This document shows, in pieces, positions 11,141-23,153 of a stretch of DNA of 64,000 nt. Location: contig BAAIJX010000003.1 of the NCBI GenBank assembly GCA_054600435.1, positions 434,001 through 498,000 on the forward strand, read 5' to 3'. The notes under the pieces are model-generated. The model did not search any database, was not told the origin of the DNA, and was given only the letters and a program-made list of their open reading frames with translations. The stretch is from Neophaeotheca triangularis. Its lineage: Eukaryota. A program made the position numbers and the translations under genes. Position 1 is the stretch's first letter. The number at the start of each line of letters is the position of its first letter.

Positions 11141-13225
11141 CTATTCATCATCACCCACAGGCTCCGGCACGGCATCCGCAAGTTTCGACCCACTGAAGCG
11201 CTTACGGCTCGGGCTCGATGCCTGTACATTCTCCTCGTTCTCCTCCACATCGCCATTACCGTCACCACTAACTCGTCCCTTCTCCCCTTCCTCCTGCACC
11301 GCAGCGTCCAAACTCGTCTCGGGCGGAGTGACCCACCTCCTCAACCCACTCGACTCAGACGGGCTGGAGAACATCGCCGCACCATCACCGCCACCTTGTT
11401 CGCCATCCCCAGCGCCGGTACTAGGGTCCAGATCCCCCGCTGCCGCCGTGGTGTGAGCTTCATGGCCTTCATCCTCGAACTTCTCGCCGCCGAAGACGCC
11501 GCCATCTTCTTCCTCTTCACCCACTCCATCAAGCCCCAACCTCTGCCCCAAAGGTCGCGTTTTCACAACTTTGTCCTTCATCCCGCTCACGCTCTCCGCC
11601 GCGGTCGTGAATCCTGTACTATCGCTCTCGCGCGTGTTCTCCTTCGCGTCCTCGTAAAAAGTCACACCACGCGGCGCCGCGTTCTCGCGGAGCCGCGCTT
11701 TCCCTTTCCCTTTCCCATGCTCAGGATGCGGGTGGGGCACGGCGGCCGGTTGGCTCGGGCGTTGTTTGCTGCTAAAGGGTATCTGGTCATGAGGTTCGGC
11801 GCTCTGGGGGTCGAGAGCGGCCCAGCGGGAGTGTGACCAGCCGTGGCCTTCCTCGTCTTCGGCGAGAGTCTGCTGCTGCTGCGCCATGCCTTTGATGTCG
11901 CTCCAGTATTCCAACTCCTTGACTTGGTCGTCGGCGGCTTTGACGGCCGCGAGGAGGTTGTCGGCGCGTTTGATGGCGATGTCGTGGGCGTGCTGGGCTT
12001 CTTCGTCTGAGGTGTGGGCATGCGTGGCTAGGTCTTCTTTGCGCTGGGCTTGGGTGTCGAAGTTTTGCATTAGTTCGGCTAGGAGTTGGCGCCGGGAGGA
12101 TTGGAAGATGAAGAGATTCATTATGGCGCCCATTTGAGGGGAGAGGTAGTAGAGCTCTTCGCCGCCGGAGGCGATGAAGTTGCGGACGAGGACGAGTTTC
12201 TCTCGGTCTACAGCTGCGCGGCGTAGTCGTCGCATTAGAGACGCTATGTCTGCGATGTCTGGACCTTCGTTGGAGACGTCAGGGTGCTCGTCGATGGCGT
12301 CGGGTTGTTTAGAGGACTGGCCTGCCGCGACGGTTCCGAGGTATGCACTACTTGCTCGACTGCCAATGGGTGGGCGTTCTTTGACAGTTCGTGGGTGGAT
12401 TGTGAAGTAGTCGCTTGCCAGCGCGTGTCCCTTCTGGCTCGGCTTTTGTCCTCTATCCTTTCGAACACGCTTCCGCAGCCATCTCCGTCGCCGCACGAAA
12501 CTGTGGAACCAGGGGTGATTGCCATGCCAGGCGAACCCCCTCTGGAAAGAGAAACTGTACTCCCATCCCTCCTCATCCACGTCCCGGCTCATGTCCACAT
12601 ACCACGTCTTCCAAGCCCATTCCCAACTAGGATCCGGGACTTGCGCGTTGCGAATATCGACTGGACTCGTGCGTAGTTGACTGTTTTGCCAGGGTGTGGG
12701 GTCGAAGTTCAGCAAACTCGAGGCGCTGAAAACGGGAACGCCAAAGAGGAAAGCGCCGCGCTGGTTCTCGTAGAGTATGTCTAGTACGGTATCATTCTCG
12801 GCAGCGCGATTGAAAGCTTTCTTGCGTTTCCAAAAGGCCTTTGCGCGAGCACGCTCAAGACGAGATGTTTGTGCAGGAGCGGCTTCTTCCCCTTGCTCGG
12901 TCCGTTCAGCAGCCTCAGAATCGGGTGGAGGCTCAGATGAGACTGAAGGATGGCCGTGCTGGTATTTGGCGTACTTGCGCTTGTTAAGCTGGCGGCGAGC
13001 TTCTGTCTTGACGGCGATGGAGTTGCTCGTCAAGCGCTTCCTAAGCGGTTCCTTGAAAGCCGTCTCGTCTCCCGAAGAGGCATCGCTGTTCAGTCTTTGC
13101 GCGGCATTTGCTGCGTCCGAAGCCTCCTTTGTGTGGTCGATGAGTTCGATCTGATGCTCGGCCTTGAGCTTGCCGCCAGTGGGGGTACGGCGGAGCTGGT
13201 TGGACGAGCTGTTGTTGCTGGACAT
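11141..13225 (-). CDS. dysferlin/peroxin-domain protein, Mug65/Spo73-like
   Basis: DILYENQRG-FLFG-P-FS--SLLNFDP, WEW--KTWYVDM--DVDEEGWEYSF and FVRRRRWLR are DysF motifs. Confidence 0.85.
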   Translation of the reverse strand: MSSNNSSSNQLRRTPTGGKLKAEHQIELIDHTKEASDAANAAQRLNSDASSGDETAFKEPLRKRLTSNSIAVKTEARRQLNKRKYAKYQHGHPSVSSEPPPDSEAAERTEQGEEAAPAQTSRLERARAKAFWKRKKAFNRAAENDTVLDILYENQRGAFLFGVPVFSASSLLNFDPTPWQNSQLRTSPVDIRNAQVPDPSWEWAWKTWYVDMSRDVDEEGWEYSFSFQRGFAWHGNHPWFHSFVRRRRWLRKRVRKDRGQKPSQKGHALASDYFTIHPRTVKERPPIGSRASSAYLGTVAAGQSSKQPDAIDEHPDVSNEGPDIADIASLMRRLRRAAVDREKLVLVRNFIASGGEELYYLSPQMGAIMNLFIFQSSRRQLLAELMQNFDTQAQRKEDLATHAHTSDEEAQHAHDIAIKRADNLLAAVKAADDQVKELEYWSDIKGMAQQQQTLAEDEEGHGWSHSRWAALDPQSAEPHDQIPFSSKQRPSQPAAVPHPHPEHGKGKGKARLRENAAPRGVTFYEDAKENTRESDSTGFTTAAESVSGMKDKVVKTRPLGQRLGLDGVGEEEEDGGVFGGEKFEDEGHEAHTTAAAGDLDPSTGAGDGEQGGGDGAAMFSSPSESSGLRRWVTPPETSLDAAVQEEGEKGRVSGDGNGDVEENEENVQASSPSRKRFSGSKLADAVPEPVGDDE

Positions 13226-14169
13226 GCCGGGACTGTCGTAGAGTGATGGTGTGCGTTAATCGGAGCCCAAAGGCCAATCGAGGGTACTTTAGTAGATCAT
13301 GCGAGAGGGTAATAATGCTTGTACGTGCACAGGGTGTGATACAGTATGCGGCCCTCGATGTGGATGGATCTAGGCTTTCCGTCTGGTCTCGTCCCGTCTC
13401 GAGTCTCTCAGGCTGCCGTCATAGGATGCTCGTGGGCATGAAGTGGATGCAATGTCGACATGGAACAAGCGAGCGACACGCGCACTCGTCGTTTGTATTG
13501 GCGCGAAAGAGAAGAAGAAGGTCTGTCTGTCTGCCACTGCCACTGCCACTGCCACTTACCCGACGACCGTTTCTAGGCGTGTATTGACAATTTACTGTCG
13601 GCGCCACAGTTACAACTCAATGAAGAAGTCGCGTGGGGAAAAGGGCTGACCTCTAAGCCGCATGCGGAAAGACGGTGGCTGACGATGGGATCAGCGAGCA
13701 GCACAGGCCAATGACGCGTGAGGACGTAAGGCACCTGCACCTGCACCTGGGTACCTACTACCTCTAGTAGCCGTACCTAGGTAGATCGAGCCCCCACCTC
13801 CCGTCCCGTCACTGCGGGCCTCTCCTGCAGTTGCAGTGGTAGTTGTAGGTGATGATGAGCTTGAGACCAGCCTGAGGCCCAGTTCCCAGTTGCTTTGGAG
13901 CTAAGGTAGGTGAGGTACCTAGGTACTACTAGGTGGCTAGAGGTACTAGGAGGTACTAGTAGTAGCTAGGAGGTACAGCAGCAATTAACGTTCAAATACC
14001 GCCGAGGAGGGATACAAGTTGAAACACCGCTACAAAACCAGCCCAGCCCACTCACCTTTTGCAGACAGACCTAGCTAGTAGCTACTACATCTAACAATCA
14101 CTCAATCTCAATCTCAACCTCAACCTCAACCTCATCCTCATCCTCGACCTCACAACACTAAATCACAAA

Positions 14170-14842
14170 ATGTCCCGCAGAGTCGCAGTCCCCGTCGCCG
14201 TCGGCGCAGCCGGTTTCGCAGGCTACTACCTCTACAATGCAGGCGGCGACCCCAAAGCGGCCGAAAAGCGTGTCGAATGTACGCAAACAAGCATCGCACC
14301 CCTCCGTCTTATGCCCCTAAACTGACCCCTCCAGACGACGCCGCCCGCGCCTCCGCCAACGTGCGCTCGCACTTGCCCGGCGCCGAGAAAGAAGCTAAAA
14401 CCGGCGGCGAGGTGCTCGCTGCCGATGCCGAAAAGGCTTACAAGGACGCTGCGTCCCAGGCCAAAGACGCTACGAGCAAGGTCGATGCCAAATTGGAGGA
14501 CTATAGGAAGGAGGCTGAGAGCAAGCTTGAGGGTGCTAGGAAGTCGACGGGGGATGAGTTGACTAAGGCTGTGGATAAGTTTGATAAGTCTGTGGAGGAG
14601 GTGAGTCTTGCTTGTTCCTTTGCCGCTGTCGTGGAAGGGCCTGCTGTGGAAAGAAGCCCTGGTGCTCTTGACCACTACTGCGGGACTAGGGACACACTCG
14701 ACACGGATTGTTCGAGTCTCAGCACCATCGACAGAGCAATTTTGTCTCATCAAGACCTCAGAACGACTGCTAACGCAAATACAACCACCAGGGCGCAAGC
14801 AAGGCCAAGAGCGGCATCTCCAGCTGGTTTGGCGGCAAGTAA
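14170..14842 (+). CDS. small Ala/Lys/Glu-rich helical (LEA-like) protein with N-terminal GYYLYNAGGDPK motif; exons 14170-14278, 14335-14600, 14792-14842
   Basis: ATG in CACAAAATG context. Two GT-AG introns with CTGAC/CTAAC branch sites keep the frame through to ...KSGISSWFGGK*. Confidence 0.82.
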
Positions 14843-15150
14843 GCGCTTGCCTGACGGCGCTCACGAGCCACGAAACAAGAATCTTCAAATCACTCCAGAC
14901 ATCATCAGCAACAGTAATCGACCTACCGGCGTTCTGGGGCAGGAGGCAGGGTAGGCGGCCGTAGCGTTTAGCGATATCTCACCTCAAGTACCATTAATAC
15001 CTTGCTGTGTTTTCGGGTTCTCTTCCAAGAAAAATAATCGTACCCTTGAACCATTGATTGAGTTTTAAGTGAAGTCGTGAGTAGCTAGATCGAAGAATCG
15101 CTATCGAGGAACATGGTGTCCAGAGCACTTGTGGGCTGCCATCATCCTTG

Positions 15151-15575
15151 CAAGGCGGTACATGCCAGCCCTTCCTGGCACAGGACAGGACACCAAGAGC
15201 GAGGATGCTGTGCTTCGAATAGCCCCCGCAAAGCCACCTCGAAAGTTTCGGAAAAGACGGTAGACGACACATAACAAGATACCTAGGTAGTCGAGACAGC
15301 CAGAAAGTCCTTCCAAGATTGTACATGCCAGCTGTCCTTGGTGCCGGAAGGAGCACCAGCAATAAAGATGCTGTGTTTCGCGTAGCCGCTGCAAAGCCAC
15401 CTGTAGATCTCAAAAAAAGCTAGGTATTAGACAACATCCCATGAGGTACCTAGACAGCTGGGATGGCAAACCCAAGATTGTACATATCAGCCGCCCCTAC
15501 CTCCGTAAGTAAGGGGGATCAACAGGGCGTACGTTGTGCTTCGAGTAGCCGCTGTAAATCCACCTCTTGGATTAC
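15151..15575. repeat. three diverged tandem units of ~160 bp
   Basis: CAAG..GTACAT..CAGC and TGTG(C/T)TTCG..TAGCC...G(C/T)AAA.CCACCT blocks recur in units starting near 15151, 15314 and 15473. Confidence 0.75.
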
Positions 15576-15968
15576 AAGAATGGGTCAAACGGCGCTCGAT
15601 ACGATACATGAGTAGCCAGGACACCAAGTACCAACATCTGAGAGACAAGCAGAGTGGACAGCCGTTTCAATTCATAATCTAGACAAGGAACCGTCTGTGC
15701 TAGTAAAGACACCAATGCCCTGCCCCTTTGGCCTTCGCTATGCAACATTTACAGCGACCTTGGTAAAAGTCCCAGCCCAAGCAGCACGAAAAACACCCAT
15801 TGCAACCTCCAGAAACCCCATGCCAGCGCCTTTCGCTAGCCGTACTCATGGTAACTCTAGAATCGTGAACTTCGTAAACTGTGTTTCCGTCCCCAGAACT
15901 CCACCCGTCCATACTCATCCAACCCCCACATTCCTAGCCGGGAGCGTATTCTACTCTGCCCGATCAAT

Positions 15969-17576
15969 TCACTTCCTCCCCTTGAGTGCAGCAAGCTTCT
16001 CCTCGAGCTGGGCAGCAGCGCTCTCAAGCTTCGCGATGTATTCCGGGCTGAGCTGGATGCCGGCGGACTCCTTGGTAGTGGTGCTGCTCTTGCTGCGTTT
16101 CCTGGGCGAAGCCGTCTCGGTCGTGGTGTCGGTGTGGTCGTCGGCGTTGCGCTTCTTGCCTGCAGCGGAGAGGGCGGGAATGCGGCTCTTGGACGAGGAG
16201 GCTATGGCTGGCTCGTTGATGGGGCGGGGCTTGACGGTGAGCTTCAGTCTCTTGATAGGGGCGGGCTTCTCGGACTTGATGAGGGTCCGGTCGTGGTGCT
16301 GGGCGTGCCAGAGCTGGTAGTTGTTGATGGGCTCGGTGTGGTGCTCGCCGTGTGGGATTTCGTTCTTGTTGGCGAACTCCATGAGGAACTCGACGGGCGG
16401 GAAGGTGGAGGCTTCGCCGTTGTCGCTCTTGCTCTGGGCCCAGAGTATCACGGCCTCGATGTCCGTGTAGGTCTTGGTGCGGCGGCGCTTCTTGATGTCG
16501 TCTTTGGTCGAGCAGAAGGTTTCTTTGAGCTCTTGGAGGAGCTTGCATGGGTATTGAGGCTCGCTGTCATCGTCTTCGGCTGGCTCGGCTTCGTCGTCGT
16601 CAACCTCCCGCTTGGGCGCTTTGCCTTTGCCGTGCTTCTTCGTGAACTTCTTTGCGGCTTTGGCCGCGTGAGCTTCAGAGGCTACACGGTTCATCTCAAG
16701 CTGGGCTTCAATCTCGATCTCGTCGATGGATTTTCCGTCTTTCCGAGACTGCGATTCGCGGATACGGGCGTTGATCTCGGCGGCGTAGTTGGCGAGCTGC
16801 TTCTCAGCATCGTTGCTGAGAGCGATGATGAAGTGGGCGCTCGGGCGCCACACGGCGAAGCGCTGCGCCTGGTCCCGGATGGCGTTGGCAACCCGGGAGA
16901 CGCGGGCCTTGGTGCCGACCTTGTGCTTGTTCTCGTAGGTCCACGTTTGGTAGCTCTTGCGGCACCAGAAGTTCCAGACGGCGTCGGGGATTGCGACGGC
17001 GCAGGCCTTGTTGCGGCCAAAGGTCTGCGAAATGACCTTGCGCTTGTAGACGTTCTTGTCTACCCACGTCTGCGACGTGGCGCACTGGCGGTCTCCGCAG
17101 TTCCAGGGCTCCGTCAGGTAGCTGTGATCCCCCTCGGCACCGGGGGGAGGGGTCTCTGTGGAGTGCCCCTGGCCACTAGGCACACCCCTCCAGTCTTTGC
17201 GCGAGTCCTTGGCGGGCGCAGGATCCTTGGTGGCCCTCTTGGCCTTCTTCCCACCGCCGTTCTTGGCGAGGGTGAAGGGCTCGCCGGAGGGCTTACCAGG
17301 CTCCTCCTCGTCGCCCTCCAGGGCCTTGAGGAAGCCGTCGATGACGACGCCGGCTACCTCCGTTGGGAAGTCATCGTCGCTGTCGACGGCAGGGACCAGC
17401 TCCCCGGCGCACGACCCCTCAACCTCGTCGTCGGCGACGGTGGTGGCGCTGCCAGCCACGGCGTCACCAGACTCGAAGGGGGGGATCGTGACGGGGGCGG
17501 CTAAGAGGCTATCCGCACGGCTGAGAGCGACCAGCACGTGCGCGGCTTCCATCGTCGTCATGCATGGAGAAGCCAT
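15969..17576 (-). CDS. fungal-specific hypothetical protein (ORP1-like family)
   Basis: 535-aa intronless ORF with strong codon bias. RKVISQTFGRNKAC--IPD-VW--WCRKSYQ and FPPVEFL resemble the RK-IS-IFGRNK..CRKHYQR family motif. Confidence 0.72.
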   Translation of the reverse strand: MASPCMTTMEAAHVLVALSRADSLLAAPVTIPPFESGDAVAGSATTVADDEVEGSCAGELVPAVDSDDDFPTEVAGVVIDGFLKALEGDEEEPGKPSGEPFTLAKNGGGKKAKRATKDPAPAKDSRKDWRGVPSGQGHSTETPPPGAEGDHSYLTEPWNCGDRQCATSQTWVDKNVYKRKVISQTFGRNKACAVAIPDAVWNFWCRKSYQTWTYENKHKVGTKARVSRVANAIRDQAQRFAVWRPSAHFIIALSNDAEKQLANYAAEINARIRESQSRKDGKSIDEIEIEAQLEMNRVASEAHAAKAAKKFTKKHGKGKAPKREVDDDEAEPAEDDDSEPQYPCKLLQELKETFCSTKDDIKKRRRTKTYTDIEAVILWAQSKSDNGEASTFPPVEFLMEFANKNEIPHGEHHTEPINNYQLWHAQHHDRTLIKSEKPAPIKRLKLTVKPRPINEPAIASSSKSRIPALSAAGKKRNADDHTDTTTETASPRKRSKSSTTTKESAGIQLSPEYIAKLESAAAQLEEKLAALKGRK

Positions 17577-19008
17577 CTCGGCTACTGGTGCAGTCGGTGA
17601 GGTGAGGTTGGTGTAGGGTCGGTAGGGATTGAAGGCCTGCTTCGCCCGTTACGGTGGGTAGTGGTGGTGAGCTTGTGGTAGGAGCTTTTTGCTGAGCTAT
17701 CAAAGAATGGTGGTAGTAGTGTTGGTAGTATCGTTGGTAGTAGTGGTGGATTCGGTATGGTAGTAAAAGGTTTGATAGTATTGGTACAGAGCGTTTGGTA
17801 TGCGTGTCGAGTGTCTGGAAAGGACGAAGGTTGAAGCAGCAAGGGAACTCTTTTTTATGGTAGGACAACCTATTGTCACCAGTTCCTATTGTTGGCGATA
17901 CAATGGTTCTTCGTGACAATAGCAATTGCAGCGAGCAGCAAGGGCGTGATGTGGTGGTCAGCTGCGATCAGGCGGAGTAGAGCTTGACAATAAGCTGGCG
18001 GTGCGTGGTTGTATTGTCGATATTGTCAAGAAAAGGTATCCGCTTTCGACAATACCATGTATGCGGCTGCTATGCGTCTTGCGTCGTCTCAAGTGTCTCA
18101 GGTTCAGAGAGCAACGGCGTGATTCGTCCCAAAGTCTACTTGCCCCACTTCCGCCAGCCATTGTGTATCAATAAACCTCACCTCACCTTCACTTGGACAA
18201 CACTTGGACAAGCAAGCGGCCTGCTATGAAGTGAAGCGCGAAAGATTCGTGACCTTGTACTCAGACGATGAGATCTCCAGGGCATCCTCGACCACGTGTG
18301 TGCTAGGCAGAAACTCGGTCCTCAAGGGTGGGTGTCACGCAGCTGGTCGAGAAAACCTCTGGCATAACCCAGCAATCAACTCAAATAGCGGTAAACATCT
18401 TCCAGACTGCCACACTTCTTTTGATCCTGGTGTCACCAGTGTGCCACATGTTGATAAGGCTGTCAGTCCCAGAATCTAGATGAACCGTGGGGGATCCCAC
18501 CCGGCTGTCTTGCTCTTCACTTGAAAAACCTGAATGAGATCCAAGTGCGGCTCAGCTTCCGGCAAGATTCCAGGGAAAGTCAGAAAAGTCTCTCTACAGA
18601 GCCCCTTGCAACACTGCTTTGTTGCAGCATAACGGGAGACCCCGAGTCCAGGAGGCTTCGACGCTGCTCTACTTTTTGTTCCACCTAAACCCAAGCTCTT
18701 ACCGGTTGTCGTGCTCTAGTCTTCTTTTTTTTTCCGAAATACTTCAACGCTCTCAACGGTTGCACGGCACTACTTACAAGCATCGCGGAAGCAAAGGGCG
18801 AGCAGAAGGGATGACGATATTTCGCTTCTCATGGCAACCTCCTCTCCTACCCTGGTACAGCAAGAGCAGCCTTAAGCGACACTGTGAGAAACTCACTCTT
18901 GGTTTTCACTACAGAAAGCAGGTTCATACTATACAGCTATTTCCAGTGTATCTATCGTGACGGGGCAAGGCAAGCCTGGATGAGGTGAGGTTGGAAGTCG
19001 TGGCTTAG

Positions 19009-19016
19009 TCACGTGA
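19009..19016. promoter_or_regulatory. TCACGTGA E-box (Cbf1/bHLH-type site) upstream of ARP1; similar sites at 22481-22488 and 25553-25559
   Basis: Palindrome seen directly in three promoter-like intergenic regions; binding is inference. Confidence 0.4.
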
Positions 19017-19220
19017 TAATCGACCTATGAAGGAAAGTGTGCCGAGGCGCGCATCGGCCAAACGACGCGCTCTCGCATGAAGCTGCCCAGGTGCATGGAC
19101 ATTAATTGAAACATCTACGTTGTCAATCATTCGGCCGTAGAGGTTCAGTAACATTCGTTAAGACGCATGCGATCACAGGCCCAGTAATTCAGCGCTCAGC
19201 GCTTTCAAAGCACAAACACC

Positions 19221-20484
19221 ATGGCCGACCTCCACAATACCCCCGTGGTTATCGACAACGGAAGCGGTACAATTCGAGCAGGATACGCTGGAGAGGACTT
19301 GCCCAAATGCTTCTTTCCCTCATACGTCGGTCGACCGAAACATACTCGAGTGTTGGCTGGAGGTCTCGAAGGGGACACATTCATAGGAAATCGAGCGCAG
19401 GAGCTAAGAGGGTTGCTCAAGATCCACTACCCGCTTGAACATGGCATCGTCACCGATTGGGAAGACATGGAGAGGATATGGCAATACATTTATACAGACG
19501 AGCTCAAGACGCTGAGCGAAGAGGTATGTGTTGGTTGAGGTCAGTCGCTTGGCTGAAGTGGAATCGAGGGAAGCTAACAACTTCTCAGCACCCGGTGTTG
19601 CTGACCGAAGCTCCCCTGAATCCACGAGCAAACCGCGATACGGCTGCTCAGATACTGTTCGAAACGTTCAATGTACCGGCTCTGTACACATCCATACAGG
19701 CCGTTCTCTCTCTTTACGCTTCTGGTCGCACCACCGGTATTGTGCTCGATTCGGGGGATGGCGTTTCACATGCGGTACCGGTCTACGAGGGATTTGCTAT
19801 CCCTTCGAGCATCCGGCGGATTGATGTAGCAGGCCGTGATGTCACGGAGCATCTGCAAACGCTGCTAAGAAAAGGAGGAAACGTTTTCCACACGAGTGCG
19901 GAGAAAGACATTGTGCGACAAATCAAGGAGAAGACCTCCTATGTTGCGCTTGACCCAAGGAAAGAGGAGAGAGAATGGTTCGGAGCGACCGCCCGGACCG
20001 GCGACGACAGAACCTATACCTACGACTTACCCGATGGCCAGAAGCTAAAGGTCGGACCCGAGCGTTTCCGCGCATCAGAAATCCTTTTCGACCCCGAAGT
20101 GATCGGACTAGAGTACCCTGGCCTTCACCAACTGGTCGTCGATGCTATCAGCCGGACTGACATGGATCTTCGTAAGGCTTTATTTGGCAATATTGTGCTC
20201 TCTGGTGGTTCCACTCTAACCAAAGGGTTCGGTGATCGGCTGTTGCATGAGGTGCAAAGGTTGGCTGTCAAGGATATGCGCATCAAGATCTTTGCACCTC
20301 CGGAACGAATCTACAGTACATGGATCGGTGGTAGCATTCTTGCGGGTCTCAGCACCTTCCGCAAGATGTACGTGTCGCAGGACGATTGGCAAGACAGTAA
20401 GTAAAGTCAGTGTGAGATTTCCCCGGTGAGGTTTCGCTAACCACAAGCACAGATCCCGAGATCATCCACCAGAAGTTCGCTTGA
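19221..20484 (+). CDS. ARP1: actin-related protein 1 (centractin, dynactin); exons 19221-19523, 19589-20396, 20453-20484
   Basis: [49 protein letters not shown] and [19 protein letters not shown] are Arp1-type signatures. Confidence 0.93.
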
Positions 20485-21033
20485 GTTGGGTCGAATTCCA
20501 GGACTTCCAACGACTAATAAGGCATTGCATAGCCTCCGCAAAGCGAAATCTCGATGGACGAAACACTGCCAGCGCACCGTGCCATTTCAACACATAGCAG
20601 CTCCAGTGTTAGTCTCAGTGACTCCGAGTCAAACTCACGATTGTGTGTCGGTCGCACAAAGGGGTCAGAAGTTCCGGCCTAGCCATTACCAGCTGGCGCT
20701 TAGCGGGCTGCTTGCGCGTGGGGCGCTAAACATTTCCTGTAATGGTGCAACGCAATGCTACGTAGTGGTAAAGCAGGACGAGATGAAGACAGGAAGAGAG
20801 CGACGATGACTAGTAGCAGCGAAAGAAGAGTACTAATCGCGCATAGACCTATACCCCAAGAGCGTTAAAAAACTCAGCCCCTCCATCATAAATCACAAAG
20901 TGGTATCATGACAAGCCCTTAACCGCAAGAACTCCCCAACAGACAACTCCGCTGACTGCCAAACCAACTTCAAGCAACAAGCAGAACCTGGCACAGCAAA
21001 ACCCATCCCTCTGAGCTCTCCGAATCCAATCCC

Positions 21034-21872
21034 TCACCAACTCTCCCTTCCCACCCCCTTCCTCTTAGCCCCCGCCTCCCTCTTCGGCACATCCATCTTA
21101 TGCGTCTCCCTCAAATGCTCCAGCAACTTGTCCCGCCTCGGCAGCCCATTAGCCCCCACGCGCCGACATCCCGGGACTGTGCAATCCCACAGCTGGCGCT
21201 GAGGGTTATGCGCGCTGTCGTCGTGGCGGTCGAGGTCCGCGGCGCGGCTGAAAGCTATGCCTTTGCATTGGGGGTGAAGGCAGATGTAGTGGCCTTTTGG
21301 TGGGCGGGTTGGGGTTGAAGTTTGTGTGTCGGAGGGTGGGGAGGCGGATGAGTCGGGGGAAGGGTAGGGGGCGCTTGCTGTTGTTGGTTGGGGGGTGTGG
21401 CTTTGGGCTTGCGGTTGGTACTGTTGTTGTTGTTGGGATAGTTGAGTGTAGTATTGTGGTTCGTTTCGGTAAGTCGTTGGAGGTGGCTTGAAATATGATT
21501 GGCCGGGCGCTTGCTGTCTATTCTGTTGGGTGGACGAGCGTGGAGTCATGGTCTCTGAGGTCCGCTGCGTACGCTGTATAGGAGCGGAGGGCGGGTGGGT
21601 GGTTCTCTGCTGCAACGGGTAGCCTTGCGGCAAGTTATAACCGCTTGGTACTGAAGATGTACTTTGCGGACGTTGTGACTGTCGGAGGTTGTTAGTAACG
21701 ATAAAGGGTGTGGGCTTTTTTGCTTGCGCGTACGTGACGGGAAGCCATGAGGGCTCAGTGAGCAATGTCGTACGAATTGCAGTGGGCGACGATCGGAGTC
21801 GAATTGGAGCGATCGGATGAAAGGGATGCTCTTGATATGATACGTCGACGCAGGCTCTCTCGAAAGTTCGGT
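21034..21872 (-). CDS. C2H2 zinc-finger protein with two C-terminal fingers; 5' end unresolved
   Basis: CLHPQC..FSR-ADL-RH..H and CTVPGC-R-G..R-DKL-EHLR--H. The frame is open to a CTGAT..CTAG acceptor near 21873; the first exon was not identified. Confidence 0.7.
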
Positions 21873-23153
21873 CTAGCAGAGTCGAAATCAGTACGGAATT
21901 CCAGTGAGGGCCGAATGACTCCTATATCACTACAAGTCTTGATGAAGGGCGACTGGGCTGGGCGAATGAATTCTTCATCACACCATAGTTTGGGGATTCC
22001 TGATATCAATTCAGGCTACATCTGTCACAACACCGACGAAGGCAATATGATGAGCCTGACGTTAGAGCTTTTTCGTCAAGAACTTCCATCTATCGGTCAT
22101 ACAGGTCGTTTATCGATGCGCTGTCATTCCTCACCCCTAGGCAGCTGGGTTGTGTAGTTTCTCCAAGTGAATTGTGCCGGTGACCCAGTAGCAGCGCGGA
22201 CAATTGCGGGGCGGACGCCAAAGAGGGACAATGGTGAGTCGCGGGCCACCCTCTTGTATATAGGTGCCGTTGACTAGTGCGGACAGCCGCGAAGGTGCGT
22301 TGTACTCTTTCTACCATCGACGTCCGGCGCCGTCAGTTTTCGGCGAAGCAGGGACGGCGCGGTACTTGGGAGTCATAATTTGGTGGACAAACTTTCGAGA
22401 GCAGGGTGAAAACGTTTCGTGGCCGCAGGATTGATGGCCATAAATTTGCCTTCGCGAAGGGGCGGCCTCATTTGCCTCGATCACGTGACGTTCTTTTAAA
22501 CTGGCCTTTTTTGTCGTAGAGTCACTTGGCTAAGAATCGCAACGGGGTGAAGGCTGCTGCCTATTGCGTATCAGCTCAGATCACCATGGTGATTCGTTCG
22601 TGAATTAAGATGTAACCGCCTATATCTTGAAAGCGGGCTGTGCAACCCCCGTTGCCTTTTCTGCCTTCTTTGCGCGCGTTAGAGGTGTTCGAAAAATGAG
22701 GCGCAAGAGGCCGCGCTCGCTAGCTCAAGTCAGATGGGCGCAGATTGTTTCGGCGCCCACTTGCATGACCAAGTCAGCATAGCGGTGATGGCGACTTCTT
22801 GATGGTGCAACCCTTCCAAAGTTTTGAAAAAGAAGAAGAGCAGTTGCGCTTGCAGGCTTGGCAGAAACGCCTCTGGCACAGATGCCTCCATTCAAGTTCG
22901 TCAGCAACCTGAACACTTGAATGCTTACCTACCCCGTTCAAAAAGATGCGGACGTCACTGATACGAGTGAGCTATCTGAGGACCGCGAGACTGCCAGATA
23001 AAAATGGAATAGGCCTGCCTAATCAGGCGGCTCAAGCTGCTGTTCGAATACACTGCCTAGAGAAGAAACCGTATACTGAGCAGGTAACTGATACACCCAA
23101 ACTTCCCGCCCTCCTACACGCCTCTCCTCGCAAAAACGGACAAAGCGAGTAGG

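Noticed and set aside
15151..15575. Possible CRISPR-like array
   Set aside because: Eukaryotic context, units are long and degenerate, there are no identical repeats with unique spacers, and there are no cas genes.
16134..17504. 456-aa + strand ORF
   Set aside because: Antisense shadow of the GC3-rich ORP1-like CDS, with no motifs of its own.
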